Of a stretch of DNA of 25,346 bases, positions 1-7,614 are shown in pieces. The position numbers and the translations under genes were made by a program. The notes beneath the pieces were generated by a model. It made no database searches, had not been told where the DNA came from, and worked only from the letters and a program-made list of their open reading frames with translations. The stretch comes from an uncultured Halobacteriales archaeon (lineage in GTDB: Archaea; Halobacteriota; Halobacteria; Halobacteriales; Halorutilaceae): NCBI GenBank assembly GCA_964642065.1, contig CAZXNG010000002.1, positions 1 through 25,346 of the forward strand, given 5' to 3'. Each line of letters begins with the position of its first letter. Positions within the stretch are counted from its first letter, which is position 1.

Positions 1-575
1 CGGTAGTAGCCGTCGACGGTGACGAGGTAGTCGCTCTCGGCGTTCTCCATACGGGTCGCCAGGGCGTCGCTGCTGAAGCCCGCGAACACCACGTTGTGGG
101 GTGCGCCGATGCGGGCGCACGCGAGCATGACTATGGGGAGCTCAGGCAGCATCGGCATGTAGACGGAGACGACGTCGTCCTCCTCGACTCCGAGGCTCCT
201 GAGCGCCGCTGCGGCGGCGTTGACCTCGTCGTACAGGTCCTCGTAGCTGTAGTCGCGGGTCTCGCCGGGTTCGCCCTCCCACTTCAGCGCGACCTCGGCG
301 CCGCGTTCGGGGATGTGGCGGTCGACGCACTCGTAGCAGGCGTTCAGGCTGCCGCCGGTGAACCACTCGTAGAACGGTTCGTCGGAGTCGTCGAGCACCT
401 CGTCGTACAGGTCGTACCAGTCGAGCAGGGTGGCGGCCTCCTCCCAGCACTCCGGCCAGTCGTCCTCGAACCTGTCGTATATCGACGGGTCGTTGTAGTT
501 CGCCTGTTCGACGAACTCCTCGGGGGGCTGGAACGAGTCCTCCTCGGGGAGCCTCGCCTCTATCTCCTCTGACAT
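1..575 (-). CDS. acs: Acetyl-CoA synthetase (AMP-forming), 5' part; runs off the left edge
   Basis: Not in the ORF track. Manual translation from ATG at 575 gives MSEEIEARLPEEDSFQPPEEFVEQAN...WFTGGSLNACYECVDRH...YMPMLPELPIVMLACARIGAPHNVVFAGFSSDAL...VTVDGYYR, the characteristic Acs N-terminus. Confidence 0.96.
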   Translation of the reverse strand, partial: MSEEIEARLPEEDSFQPPEEFVEQANYNDPSIYDRFEDDWPECWEEAATLLDWYDLYDEVLDDSDEPFYEWFTGGSLNACYECVDRHIPERGAEVALKWEGEPGETRDYSYEDLYDEVNAAAAALRSLGVEEDDVVSVYMPMLPELPIVMLACARIGAPHNVVFAGFSSDALATRMENAESDYLVTVDGYY

Positions 576-599
576 GCCGCGTACTTAGAAGGGTCGCTC

Positions 600-605
600 A
601 ATAAA
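600..605 (-). promoter_or_regulatory. Putative TATA box for a leaderless acs transcript
   Basis: TTTATT on the minus strand 25-30 nt upstream of the acs ATG, the spacing typical of haloarchaeal leaderless genes. Confidence 0.55.
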
Positions 606-653
606 GCTAGGGAGGACCGGAACGACGACGTAGACGGACGTCTTCTACCGACC

Positions 654-1046
654 GTGGAACACGAACGGTACTTCACGGTCGAGGAGGCGAACGATGCGCT
701 GGAGAGCCTGCGGCCGCTAGTGCAGGAGGTGCTTGAGATACGGCACGACCTCGACGCACTGGGTTACGACCTCCCGAGCCGGAGCTTCGTCCGCGAACCC
801 GACGACGAGGACGTGGAACGCGTGGAGAAGAAGCTCGCGCGTCTGGAGCAGGTGCTCGACGAGGTACACGAGACGGGTGCGCTCTACAAGGACCCGACGT
901 TCGAGAAGGGTACGCTGGACTTCCCACATCTGCGGGAAGGGAAAGACGGCGAGAAGGAGGTCTACCTCTGCTGGATGGAGGGCGAGGACGAGGTAGGTTA
1001 CTGGCACCCCGTCGACGAGGGCATGCGGGGACGTCGGCCGCTGTAG
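654..1046 (+). CDS. DUF2203 family protein
   Basis: GTG start. N-terminal YFTVEEAN..L..L and C-terminal G.LDFP...DG..EVYLCW..GE..V.YWH...EG..GR.PL match the DUF2203 pattern as I recall it. Acidic composition. Confidence 0.8.
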   Translation: MEHERYFTVEEANDALESLRPLVQEVLEIRHDLDALGYDLPSRSFVREPDDEDVERVEKKLARLEQVLDEVHETGALYKDPTFEKGTLDFPHLREGKDGEKEVYLCWMEGEDEVGYWHPVDEGMRGRRPL

Positions 1047-1072
1047 CTGCTTCCTCTACCTCGCGCAGCGGC

Positions 1073-2119
1073 TCAGTCGTCGTCCGCCTCCGCCTTCTCC
1101 GGCTCGACAGCTTCAGTGGACTCCGCGGGCGCGGGCTCCGCCTCCGCTCCGACGTCGACCGACGCACGCGCGCCACCGGAGGCCTCCACCGCCTCGGCCT
1201 CCGCGGTCTCGGGTTCCTCGAAGGTGCTCTCTATCGCCGCCCTGACGTCGAGCACGGACTCCACGTCTTCGACGACCTCGGGGTCGGTCGAGGCGATGTA
1301 GGCGTCGCCGGTGTGTCTGGCGTCGCGGTTGCCGTGGTCGCTGACGACGACGAGGGTGTCGTCCTCGTCTAGCGCGCCGTGGACGGCGTCGGTCAGCGTC
1401 GCGGCCTTCCGGTACGCCCGTCTCTGCCAGTCGGGGTCGTCGACGGCTGGCACCGTGTGGCCGACCGTGTCTAGGTACGGCAGCCAGGCGAACACGAGGT
1501 CGTGGTCTCGGTCGGCGGCCGAGAGCACCGCGCCTATCTTCTCGCTCGACTCCGCCATCAGCCACTCGTCCACCCTCTCCGGCCGTTTCTTGGGCTCGTA
1601 GACCACGCGTTCCTCGTCGACGTCGGCGTCGGCGTACAGCATCTCCGCGTGCTTGCCGTTCCAGCCGATGTCAAGGCCGACGTCGCCGTCCTCCTCGGTG
1701 ACGTAGTTCGGAACCGTGATGACGCGCGACCTTCTCCCGTCGAAGACCGTCGAGACGTCGCGCTCCGAGTACCAGTCCGGGGTCTTCTGCGACAGGCTGA
1801 ACCCCATGTTCCGTAGCTTCAACCCTATCCAGATCCGGGTGTCCGTGGGCAGAAATCGGTGGACGAGGTTCGCTCCGTACCGGAGGAACGGGCTGTCGAA
1901 CCTCGCGCCGACGTCGTCGTCGATTAGCCGGACTCCGTGTACCTCCGGCGGCTCTCCCGTGATTATCGACGGCCAGATCTCGTAGGTGTCGGGCTTCCCG
2001 AGGACGGGGTTGTCGAGCGACTCCATAGGTCTGCCATGGGGGGCGAAGGATCCCTGCATCCCGTACTCCTCGAGCAGACGTGCGTCGAGCCCGTCCCAGC
2101 CGAGCACGAAGGTCGTCAT
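1073..2119 (-). CDS. Alkaline phosphatase superfamily (NPP/phosphodiesterase-like) protein with an acidic low-complexity tail
   Basis: Metal and nucleophile motifs VLGWDGLD, PDTYEIWPSIITG, YLDTVGH, VVVSDHG and a downstream H. No signal peptide. Confidence 0.8.
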   Translation of the reverse strand: MTTFVLGWDGLDARLLEEYGMQGSFAPHGRPMESLDNPVLGKPDTYEIWPSIITGEPPEVHGVRLIDDDVGARFDSPFLRYGANLVHRFLPTDTRIWIGLKLRNMGFSLSQKTPDWYSERDVSTVFDGRRSRVITVPNYVTEEDGDVGLDIGWNGKHAEMLYADADVDEERVVYEPKKRPERVDEWLMAESSEKIGAVLSAADRDHDLVFAWLPYLDTVGHTVPAVDDPDWQRRAYRKAATLTDAVHGALDEDDTLVVVSDHGNRDARHTGDAYIASTDPEVVEDVESVLDVRAAIESTFEEPETAEAEAVEASGGARASVDVGAEAEPAPAESTEAVEPEKAEADDD

Positions 2120-2210
2120 CCGGAGTCGTGTAGGACGTCGACACCTAACTATCTTCTGGGGGTTCGTGCGGCGGACGCACGACGTAGAACCGACGTGCGC
2201 CGCGGAGTCG

Positions 2211-2657
2211 TCATCTGCGGAACTCCGTCTCGTCGATACGTGTCACGACGGAGTACTCGGACTCCGCGAGGTCGTACTCCGGCGGCTCCTCCCGGGCGTA
2301 CAGCGGCTCCAATAGCTCGCCCTCCCTGACGCCGCGGACCTTCAGGTACTCCCGGGTATCCTCCGGCTCCATCTCGGTCTCGTACAGCTTCCGAGCGAGC
2401 TCGCGGCTCAGCCACTCCTCCTCGCTGACCTCGGGGTCGAGGAGCTCGGCGGCGCGGCAGTACCTCCGGACGTACCAGTTGAGGTCGTTGAGCAAGGCGA
2501 GACCCGCGCCGATGGTCGCGGTCTCGACCTCGACGACGTTGTCAAGCGGCGTGTACTTGAACTCGTACGTCGAAAGCGCCCGCCGCGAGGTCTCGCTGGA
2601 GCGCAACTCCTCACGGAGGTCGTACTCGTCCTTCCCTATCAGCCTCACCCGGGTCAT
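2211..2657 (-). CDS. Conserved haloarchaeal hypothetical protein (DUF5804-like)
   Basis: Start moved to ATG 2657 (MTRVRLIG...), which overlaps the upstream stop as TGATG. The motifs LLNDLNWY and EWLSR.LA match a haloarchaeal family recalled as DUF5804. Confidence 0.7.
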   Translation of the reverse strand: MTRVRLIGKDEYDLREELRSSETSRRALSTYEFKYTPLDNVVEVETATIGAGLALLNDLNWYVRRYCRAAELLDPEVSEEEWLSRELARKLYETEMEPEDTREYLKVRGVREGELLEPLYAREEPPEYDLAESEYSVVTRIDETEFRR

Positions 2658-2839
2658 CAGGCCCTGAGGTTCTCGTAGACCTCGAGGTCGCGCTCCGTCT
2701 GGAGGAACTCCGCGACCTTCGCGGTTCGACCGCAGGACTCGCACTCGTGCTCCTCCGAAGGTTCCGGCAGCGAGGACACCTCCGTCGACCTCTCGTCACC
2801 ACAGTCCGTGCAGTAGACGTTGACCCATGACTCGCTCAT
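2657..2839 (-). CDS. Small CxxC...CxxC zinc-ribbon-like protein (60 aa)
   Basis: ATG 2839 gives MSESWVNVYCTDCG...HECESCGRTAKVAEFLQTERDLE. It has two CxxC pairs, and the AEF..TERDL tail recalls a small haloarchaeal family. Confidence 0.75.
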   Translation of the reverse strand: MSESWVNVYCTDCGDERSTEVSSLPEPSEEHECESCGRTAKVAEFLQTERDLEVYENLRA

Positions 2840-2977
2840 GCAGGTAAGTTCCGCTCTCACGAGTAAGAAGCTTCTGGCTGTCTCCACCGAACGGGAGTCC
2901 GGGCTCGGTCCGACCCCCGGAGCGTCCCGTCGACGTTTTAGAGAAGATACTTGGAGGACGGTACACTACCGCGAGAC

Positions 2978-3523
2978 ATGAAGAGACGGAGGGTGCTGTG
3001 GGCCGGCGCTGCCATGGCCGCGGGAGCGTCGGGATGCGTCGACCGGTTGCTCGAAGACGGAGGTGACGGGGAGGGCGACAACCGCTCGGGCGACGGCGAC
3101 GAGGATGGAGGTGACGACGGTGACGGAGGCGGCGGAGGCGACGGGGACGAGACGTCGACGGGGATACGGCTGCTGTCCAGCGAGTTCGACGTCACCGACC
3201 GCGTGCCCGGAAATGCCGAAGACATCGCCGACGTATCCTTCGACGACGCCGAAGGCTCGGTCGAGTTAGGAGGGGTGATACAGGGCGAGAACAGCTGCAG
3301 GACCGCGGAGATGGAGTCCATGGGGTACGACGACGGGGCCGACGTCCTCGAGGTACGAGTGGAGACCGCGGACCTGCCGGACGCAGAGGAGGTCTGCACC
3401 CCCGTTATCATGGAGCTGTCCTACCACGCAACCGCGGACCTCTCGGGCGGCCTCCCATCGGTAGTCTCGGTCTACCACGACGGCGACCTAGTCGTCTCCG
3501 TCGAACGACGGAGCGGAGACTGA
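2978..3523 (+). CDS. Tat-exported lipoprotein with one copy of a ~105-aa two-Cys domain
   Basis: ATG 2978 gives MKRRRVLWAGAAMAAGASGC (twin-Arg signal, lipobox ASGC20), then a G/D linker and the domain GGVIQGENSCRTA...EVCTPVIMELSY...VYHDG. Confidence 0.85.
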   Translation: MKRRRVLWAGAAMAAGASGCVDRLLEDGGDGEGDNRSGDGDEDGGDDGDGGGGGDGDETSTGIRLLSSEFDVTDRVPGNAEDIADVSFDDAEGSVELGGVIQGENSCRTAEMESMGYDDGADVLEVRVETADLPDAEEVCTPVIMELSYHATADLSGGLPSVVSVYHDGDLVVSVERRSGD

Positions 3524-3578
3524 AACGGGCTTTTCAGCCTACGTAACCCCTTAGACCCGTCGTCACCTAACCCGAGCT

Positions 3579-4817
3579 ATGAGACGCAGGGAGTTCGTAT
3601 CCGCCGCGGCAGCGGCGGGCGCGGCTGGAGTGACCGGATGCATAGACGGCGGAGACGGTAACCGGACGGACGACGGCGACGACATCGACGGTAACGAGAC
3701 CGACGGAGACGGCGGGACGAGGGTGACGGACACGTCGTTCACCTCCTCCCCGAGCCGCGGAGATACCGAGGAGGCGGCTTCGTACTCGTTCGAAGACGGG
3801 GCTTTGCGCGTCTCGGGCGTCGTCGTCGGCTCGGACGCGTGCAAGACGGCCGAACTCGACTCCGCGGAGTACGACGGGGGGCGCGACGCCGTCGTCGTCG
3901 ACGTCGTCACCGTCGACGCCGAAGACGCAGGCGAAGTCTGTGCCGAGGTCCTCAAGCCGATACGGTACGAGGCCGTCGTCGACGTCGAGTACGAGGAGCA
4001 GCCTTCGGTCGTAGTCACGCACGACGGCGAAGAGGTCGACGCGACGAAGGGCACCGGCGAAGCCGGCGGAGGCGACGGGCCCGCGCTCACGGGCTCCGAG
4101 CTCGAGGTCACGAACTCCGAGTGTGGAACGGGGTCGGAGGAGGCCGAGTACACCGCGACACAGGCTATGTCGGAGGACGACGAGAGCGTAGGCGTCGTCG
4201 AAGGCACGCTGTCGGGACCGGACTCCTGCACCACCGCGGAGCTCGGATACACGAGTTACGACGCCGAGGACGACGTCCTCGTCGCCGACATCCGGACGGC
4301 GCGCACCGACGACGCTTGCCAGGAGTGCATCACAGAGGTCGACTACAGGGTCGAGGCGACGTTCGAGGGCGGCGTCGCCGAATCCGCGGAGGTGTCGCAC
4401 GACGGCGTCCGCGTCGACGGCTTAGGCGTGGGCGTCGAGGACGCGGAGTTCTCCGTCGAAGGGGTCGAGAACGCGTCGGGAGACGAGGGAACCGGAGACG
4501 CGGAGTTTCAGGAGGACGAAGGTCGCGTCGTCGTATCCGGCACTATCGTCGGCGACGACGGCTGCGCGACCGCGCGTCTCGCGGAGGCCTTCGTCGAGGA
4601 CGGGGCGCTCGTGGTCGACGTCGAGACCGTGGGAAAGGACACCCATCTCAGGTACTGCACCCAGGCTCTCGTAGCCATAGGTTACGAGGCGACGTTCACC
4701 TTCGACGGCGAGATACCCGACGAGGTCTCCCTGTCACACGACGGAACCAGCGTGATGAGCGGTGCGTACGCCTCCGAGTCCGTCACCGAAGAACCCGAGA
4801 ACGGTTCCGAGTCCTAG
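3579..4817 (+). CDS. Tat-exported lipoprotein with three tandem copies of the same two-Cys domain
   Basis: MRRREFVSAAAAAGAAGVTGC (RRxF Tat motif, lipobox VTGC21), then three units each with G-x-[VIL]-x-G-x-D-x-C-x-T-A-x-L ... C ... Y ... HDG. Confidence 0.88.
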   Translation: MRRREFVSAAAAAGAAGVTGCIDGGDGNRTDDGDDIDGNETDGDGGTRVTDTSFTSSPSRGDTEEAASYSFEDGALRVSGVVVGSDACKTAELDSAEYDGGRDAVVVDVVTVDAEDAGEVCAEVLKPIRYEAVVDVEYEEQPSVVVTHDGEEVDATKGTGEAGGGDGPALTGSELEVTNSECGTGSEEAEYTATQAMSEDDESVGVVEGTLSGPDSCTTAELGYTSYDAEDDVLVADIRTARTDDACQECITEVDYRVEATFEGGVAESAEVSHDGVRVDGLGVGVEDAEFSVEGVENASGDEGTGDAEFQEDEGRVVVSGTIVGDDGCATARLAEAFVEDGALVVDVETVGKDTHLRYCTQALVAIGYEATFTFDGEIPDEVSLSHDGTSVMSGAYASESVTEEPENGSES

Positions 4818-4833
4818 AGGTCGAGCCCGGGTA

Positions 4834-5760
4834 CTAGAAGTCGAGCGCGAACCCCCCGCCGTCGACGTACACCGACGGCTCGGTGACGACGCCGTCGAGA
4901 TGTACGTCGCACTCGACGTCGCCGCCGAAGCCCGAGCTGTCGCCGACGGCGACGTGGACGGTGCCGGCGACCTTCTCGTCCTGCAGCACGTTGCCTATCA
5001 ACGTCGCCGCGGGGTTGAGGCCTATCCCGAGCTCCGCGAGGTTGCGGCCGCAGCTCCCTGCATCGTCGAGCGTCTCGGCAAGGTCGTCGCTGGAGACCTC
5101 GACTGCGCGGCCGTCCTCGAACTCTATCTCTATGGGTTCGTCGGGGATGCCGACGGAGGACATCGTGCCGTCGACGACGAGCCGGCCGTCTCCTCCGGTG
5201 GGTGCGATGTAGACCTCGCCGGCGGGGAGGTTGGTGACGCAGCCGGCTTCGTGGCAGACGCCGGTGTCGGGCTTCCAGCTCCGGCCGCCGACCTCTAGCG
5301 TGAGGTCGGTGCCCTGCGGGCTCTCGACCCGTACCTCGGCGGCGTCTTCGAGACGGTCGAGGAGGTCGTGGGCGCGTCGTTTGACCTCCCCGTAGTCGGC
5401 CTTCATCGCGCCGTGCATCACCTCCTCGGTTATCGACGGCATCGTGGCGACGCGGGCGCCGGCGTCGCACGACTCAATGCGGGCGCGGGTGTGGGTGAGG
5501 CTGCGCGTCGTGGGGGCGAGGACGACGTCGCTCTCCCGCATCGCCGCCGCTACCGCCGCCGGCGGCTCCCTTCCGTGGCGTTCGTCGGCCTCTATCTCGA
5601 GGTAGACGGCACTGTCGGCGCGCTCCACCGCCGCAGCGTGTATCGCTCGTCCGATGGACCGCCGGCGTTCGTCGGTGACGACGAGGACGTCCTCGTCGCC
5701 GGCGACAGCCATGCAGTCCTCGACGGCGACGCGGGCGCTCTCCCGCATGTCTCCGGGCAT
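4834..5760 (-). CDS. Aminopeptidase, peptidase M29 (thermophilic metalloprotease/AmpS-like) family
   Basis: Motifs NLPAGEVY, AELGIGLN, DEKVAGTVHVAVG and HLDG. Alternative start at 5748. Confidence 0.88.
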   Translation of the reverse strand: MPGDMRESARVAVEDCMAVAGDEDVLVVTDERRRSIGRAIHAAAVERADSAVYLEIEADERHGREPPAAVAAAMRESDVVLAPTTRSLTHTRARIESCDAGARVATMPSITEEVMHGAMKADYGEVKRRAHDLLDRLEDAAEVRVESPQGTDLTLEVGGRSWKPDTGVCHEAGCVTNLPAGEVYIAPTGGDGRLVVDGTMSSVGIPDEPIEIEFEDGRAVEVSSDDLAETLDDAGSCGRNLAELGIGLNPAATLIGNVLQDEKVAGTVHVAVGDSSGFGGDVECDVHLDGVVTEPSVYVDGGGFALDF

Positions 5761-5783
5761 AGGAGGGCGTTGCAGCGCGTCGG

Positions 5784-5809
5784 TTAAACCTCCATCGCAA
5801 CCGTTAAAA
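5784..5809. promoter_or_regulatory. Back-to-back TATA-like boxes for the aminopeptidase (-) and tRNA-Thr (+)
   Basis: TTTAA on the minus strand (5784-5788) lies 24-28 nt upstream of ATG 5760. TTAAAA on the plus strand (5804-5809) lies 27-32 nt upstream of the tRNA 5' end at 5836. Confidence 0.55.
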
Positions 5810-5835
5810 CCGCTGTACGCCTACCAGACCAACGC

Positions 5836-5908
5836 GCCGTCGTAGCTCAGCTGGTAGAGCGAGTCCTTCGTAAGGACTAGGCCGTGGGTTCAAATCCCAC
5901 CGACGGCT
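5836..5908 (+). tRNA. tRNA-Thr (anticodon CGT), no intron, CCA not encoded
   Basis: Cloverleaf: acceptor GCCGTCG/CGACGGC, D stem GCTC/GAGC, anticodon stem AGTCC/GGACT with loop TTCGTAA, T stem GTGGG/CCCAC with loop TTCAAAT. Confidence 0.97.
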
Positions 5909-5913
5909 AGCCT

Positions 5914-5919
5914 AAAAAA
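5914..5919 (-). terminator. Possible oligo-T terminator for the 447-aa repeat-protein gene
   Basis: T6 on the minus strand about 70 nt after the stop at 5991, just before the transcript would run antisense into tRNA-Thr. Confidence 0.4.
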
Positions 5920-5990
5920 GGTTCAGGGCCTACCTGTGTCTTCCTGCGGGCCGGTATCTAAGAGAGGTGGGTGTTTCCCTGGCGGACCCC

Positions 5991-7334
5991 TCACTCCCCG
6001 GGGTATCTCTCCTCCATCCCCTCGGTTACGTCTCTGGCTACCTGTTCGGCGATCAGTCTCCTGACTGCGGTGTCGAGGGTGTTGTCCACCAGTCGTTCGC
6101 TCGCGTCCGCCTCCACGAGGCGTTCGCTGGTCCTCTCGAGCGTCTCGTCCACGAGCGCGTCGCTCTGACCTTCCTCGATAGCTACTTCGGCGGCTTCCTC
6201 GACCAGTGCTTCTACGATGCGTTCGCTGGCGTTCGCCCTCACTATCTCTCCGGTGGCGGCCGTCAGGGTGTCCTCAACGAGGGCGTCGCTCTGACCTTCC
6301 TCGACCATCACGTCTCCGGCGTCGGAGACGAGGGCCTGGACGAGCGCGAGACTGGCTTGCTCTTGCTCTATCTCGCGGGTGATCGCTTCGAGGGTGTCCT
6401 GAAGTAGTCTGTCGCTCTCGCCTGCGTCTATCATGTCCTGGATAGCGACGTCTACTATGTCTGTAGCCAGGCTCTCGGCCTCGCCTTCGTCGACGAGTCT
6501 GTCGGCGCTGATGTCGAGGACTTCTTCGACGAGTTCGTCGCTGTAGCCCTGTTCGATGATGGTCTCGATGAGCTTGTTCCCTACGTCTTCGACTACCAGA
6601 TCCGATCTCCGCCCCAGTAGCTTGTGGGCGACCTTCTTGACCACCGTACGTACGGGACCCATCCTCCGTACGCCGGGCAGGTGGTCGAGCACGATGTCTG
6701 CGACGTCGAGCACGAGTTGGTCGCTCTCGGGACCCTGAAGTCTGTGTACTATCGCGTCGCCGACGTCCCACATGATATCCTCGGCGTACTCCTCGTCTTC
6801 CTTGAGCACGTGGACCGTGATGACGTCGACGCTGTCTCTGAGGAGGGCCTCGGACTCGCCGCTCTCCCGGACGCGGGTCTTGATGACGTCGCCGACGTCT
6901 TCGACTATCTCCTCTTCGAGGTCGGCGTCGGACACCACGCGGTATATCACATCGGCGCCTTCGTCGACCAGCTGTTCCTCGAGCTCTGCGTCTTCGACGC
7001 GGTGGTTGAGGACGTCGATAGTCTCCTCTACGACGTCTTCCTGGAGGTCGTGTTCGCGGCTTACCTCGAGGATGACGCGGGCGCCCTCCTCCACGAGCTG
7101 GTTCTGAAGTCCCGACTCCTGGATCCGGTTCTGGATCACGGCTACCGCGTCGCGTACGACGTCGTCGCTCAACCCCTCTTTACGAGTGGTCTCGCTGACC
7201 ACCTCCACGGTGTCGAACACCATGGTGTCCGCCTGTTCTTCGTCCAGGTTCTCGCTTATCTCCTCCTTGAGCGCCTCGGCCGCTTCGTCGATGTCGTCTT
7301 CCGAGATGGTTATCGAGTGCTCCGTCGAGGACAT
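5991..7334 (-). CDS. Hypothetical acidic all-alpha protein with ~18 copies of a 21-aa repeat and a central basic segment
   Basis: 447-aa ORF with typical halophile acidity and a TA-rich box 21-30 nt upstream. The repeat register S/Q/E/A-[DEN]-x-[LVI]-[VL]-x-[DE] recurs about every 21 aa. I recognise no family. Confidence 0.85.
   Translation of the reverse strand: MSSTEHSITISEDDIDEAAEALKEEISENLDEEQADTMVFDTVEVVSETTRKEGLSDDVVRDAVAVIQNRIQESGLQNQLVEEGARVILEVSREHDLQEDVVEETIDVLNHRVEDAELEEQLVDEGADVIYRVVSDADLEEEIVEDVGDVIKTRVRESGESEALLRDSVDVITVHVLKEDEEYAEDIMWDVGDAIVHRLQGPESDQLVLDVADIVLDHLPGVRRMGPVRTVVKKVAHKLLGRRSDLVVEDVGNKLIETIIEQGYSDELVEEVLDISADRLVDEGEAESLATDIVDVAIQDMIDAGESDRLLQDTLEAITREIEQEQASLALVQALVSDAGDVMVEEGQSDALVEDTLTAATGEIVRANASERIVEALVEEAAEVAIEEGQSDALVDETLERTSERLVEADASERLVDNTLDTAVRRLIAEQVARDVTEGMEERYPGE
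6157..6304. repeat. 22-bp exact direct repeat, 126 bp apart (42-codon super-repeat)
   Basis: GCGTCGCTCTGACCTTCCTCGA occurs at 6157-6178 and 6283-6304. Each copy lies within the codons for EEGQSDA. Confidence 0.9.
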
Positions 7335-7614
7335 GAACGCAGTTTCGCATCATCAACTAATAACTCTTGGGAGGGTGGGGTTTGCCGTCTCCGGGTAGAA
7401 GGAGGTGATGGAGTGCGAACTCCACCGGCGGCTAAGGACTGTTTTCCACGTCTCCTTTTAAGTGGTCGCACGAGATGGTTCGGTAAATCCGGACGATGTA
7501 ACACGGTCACAGATTCCTTCGACGGGAAAGGTATATCGGCGCCCGCCCCCTAGGGCGTTCGAACGTGGAACCTTACACCCAAACCCCGATGCCGTCGGCC
7601 TTCGGGTTCGAGCT

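Noticed and set aside
7408-7553. Small ORFs after the SD-like GGAGGTGA (17 aa from ATG 7408; 46 aa from GTG 7413)
   Set aside because: Not called as CDS: basic, non-halophilic composition and no motif. Kept only as a low-interest intergenic finding.
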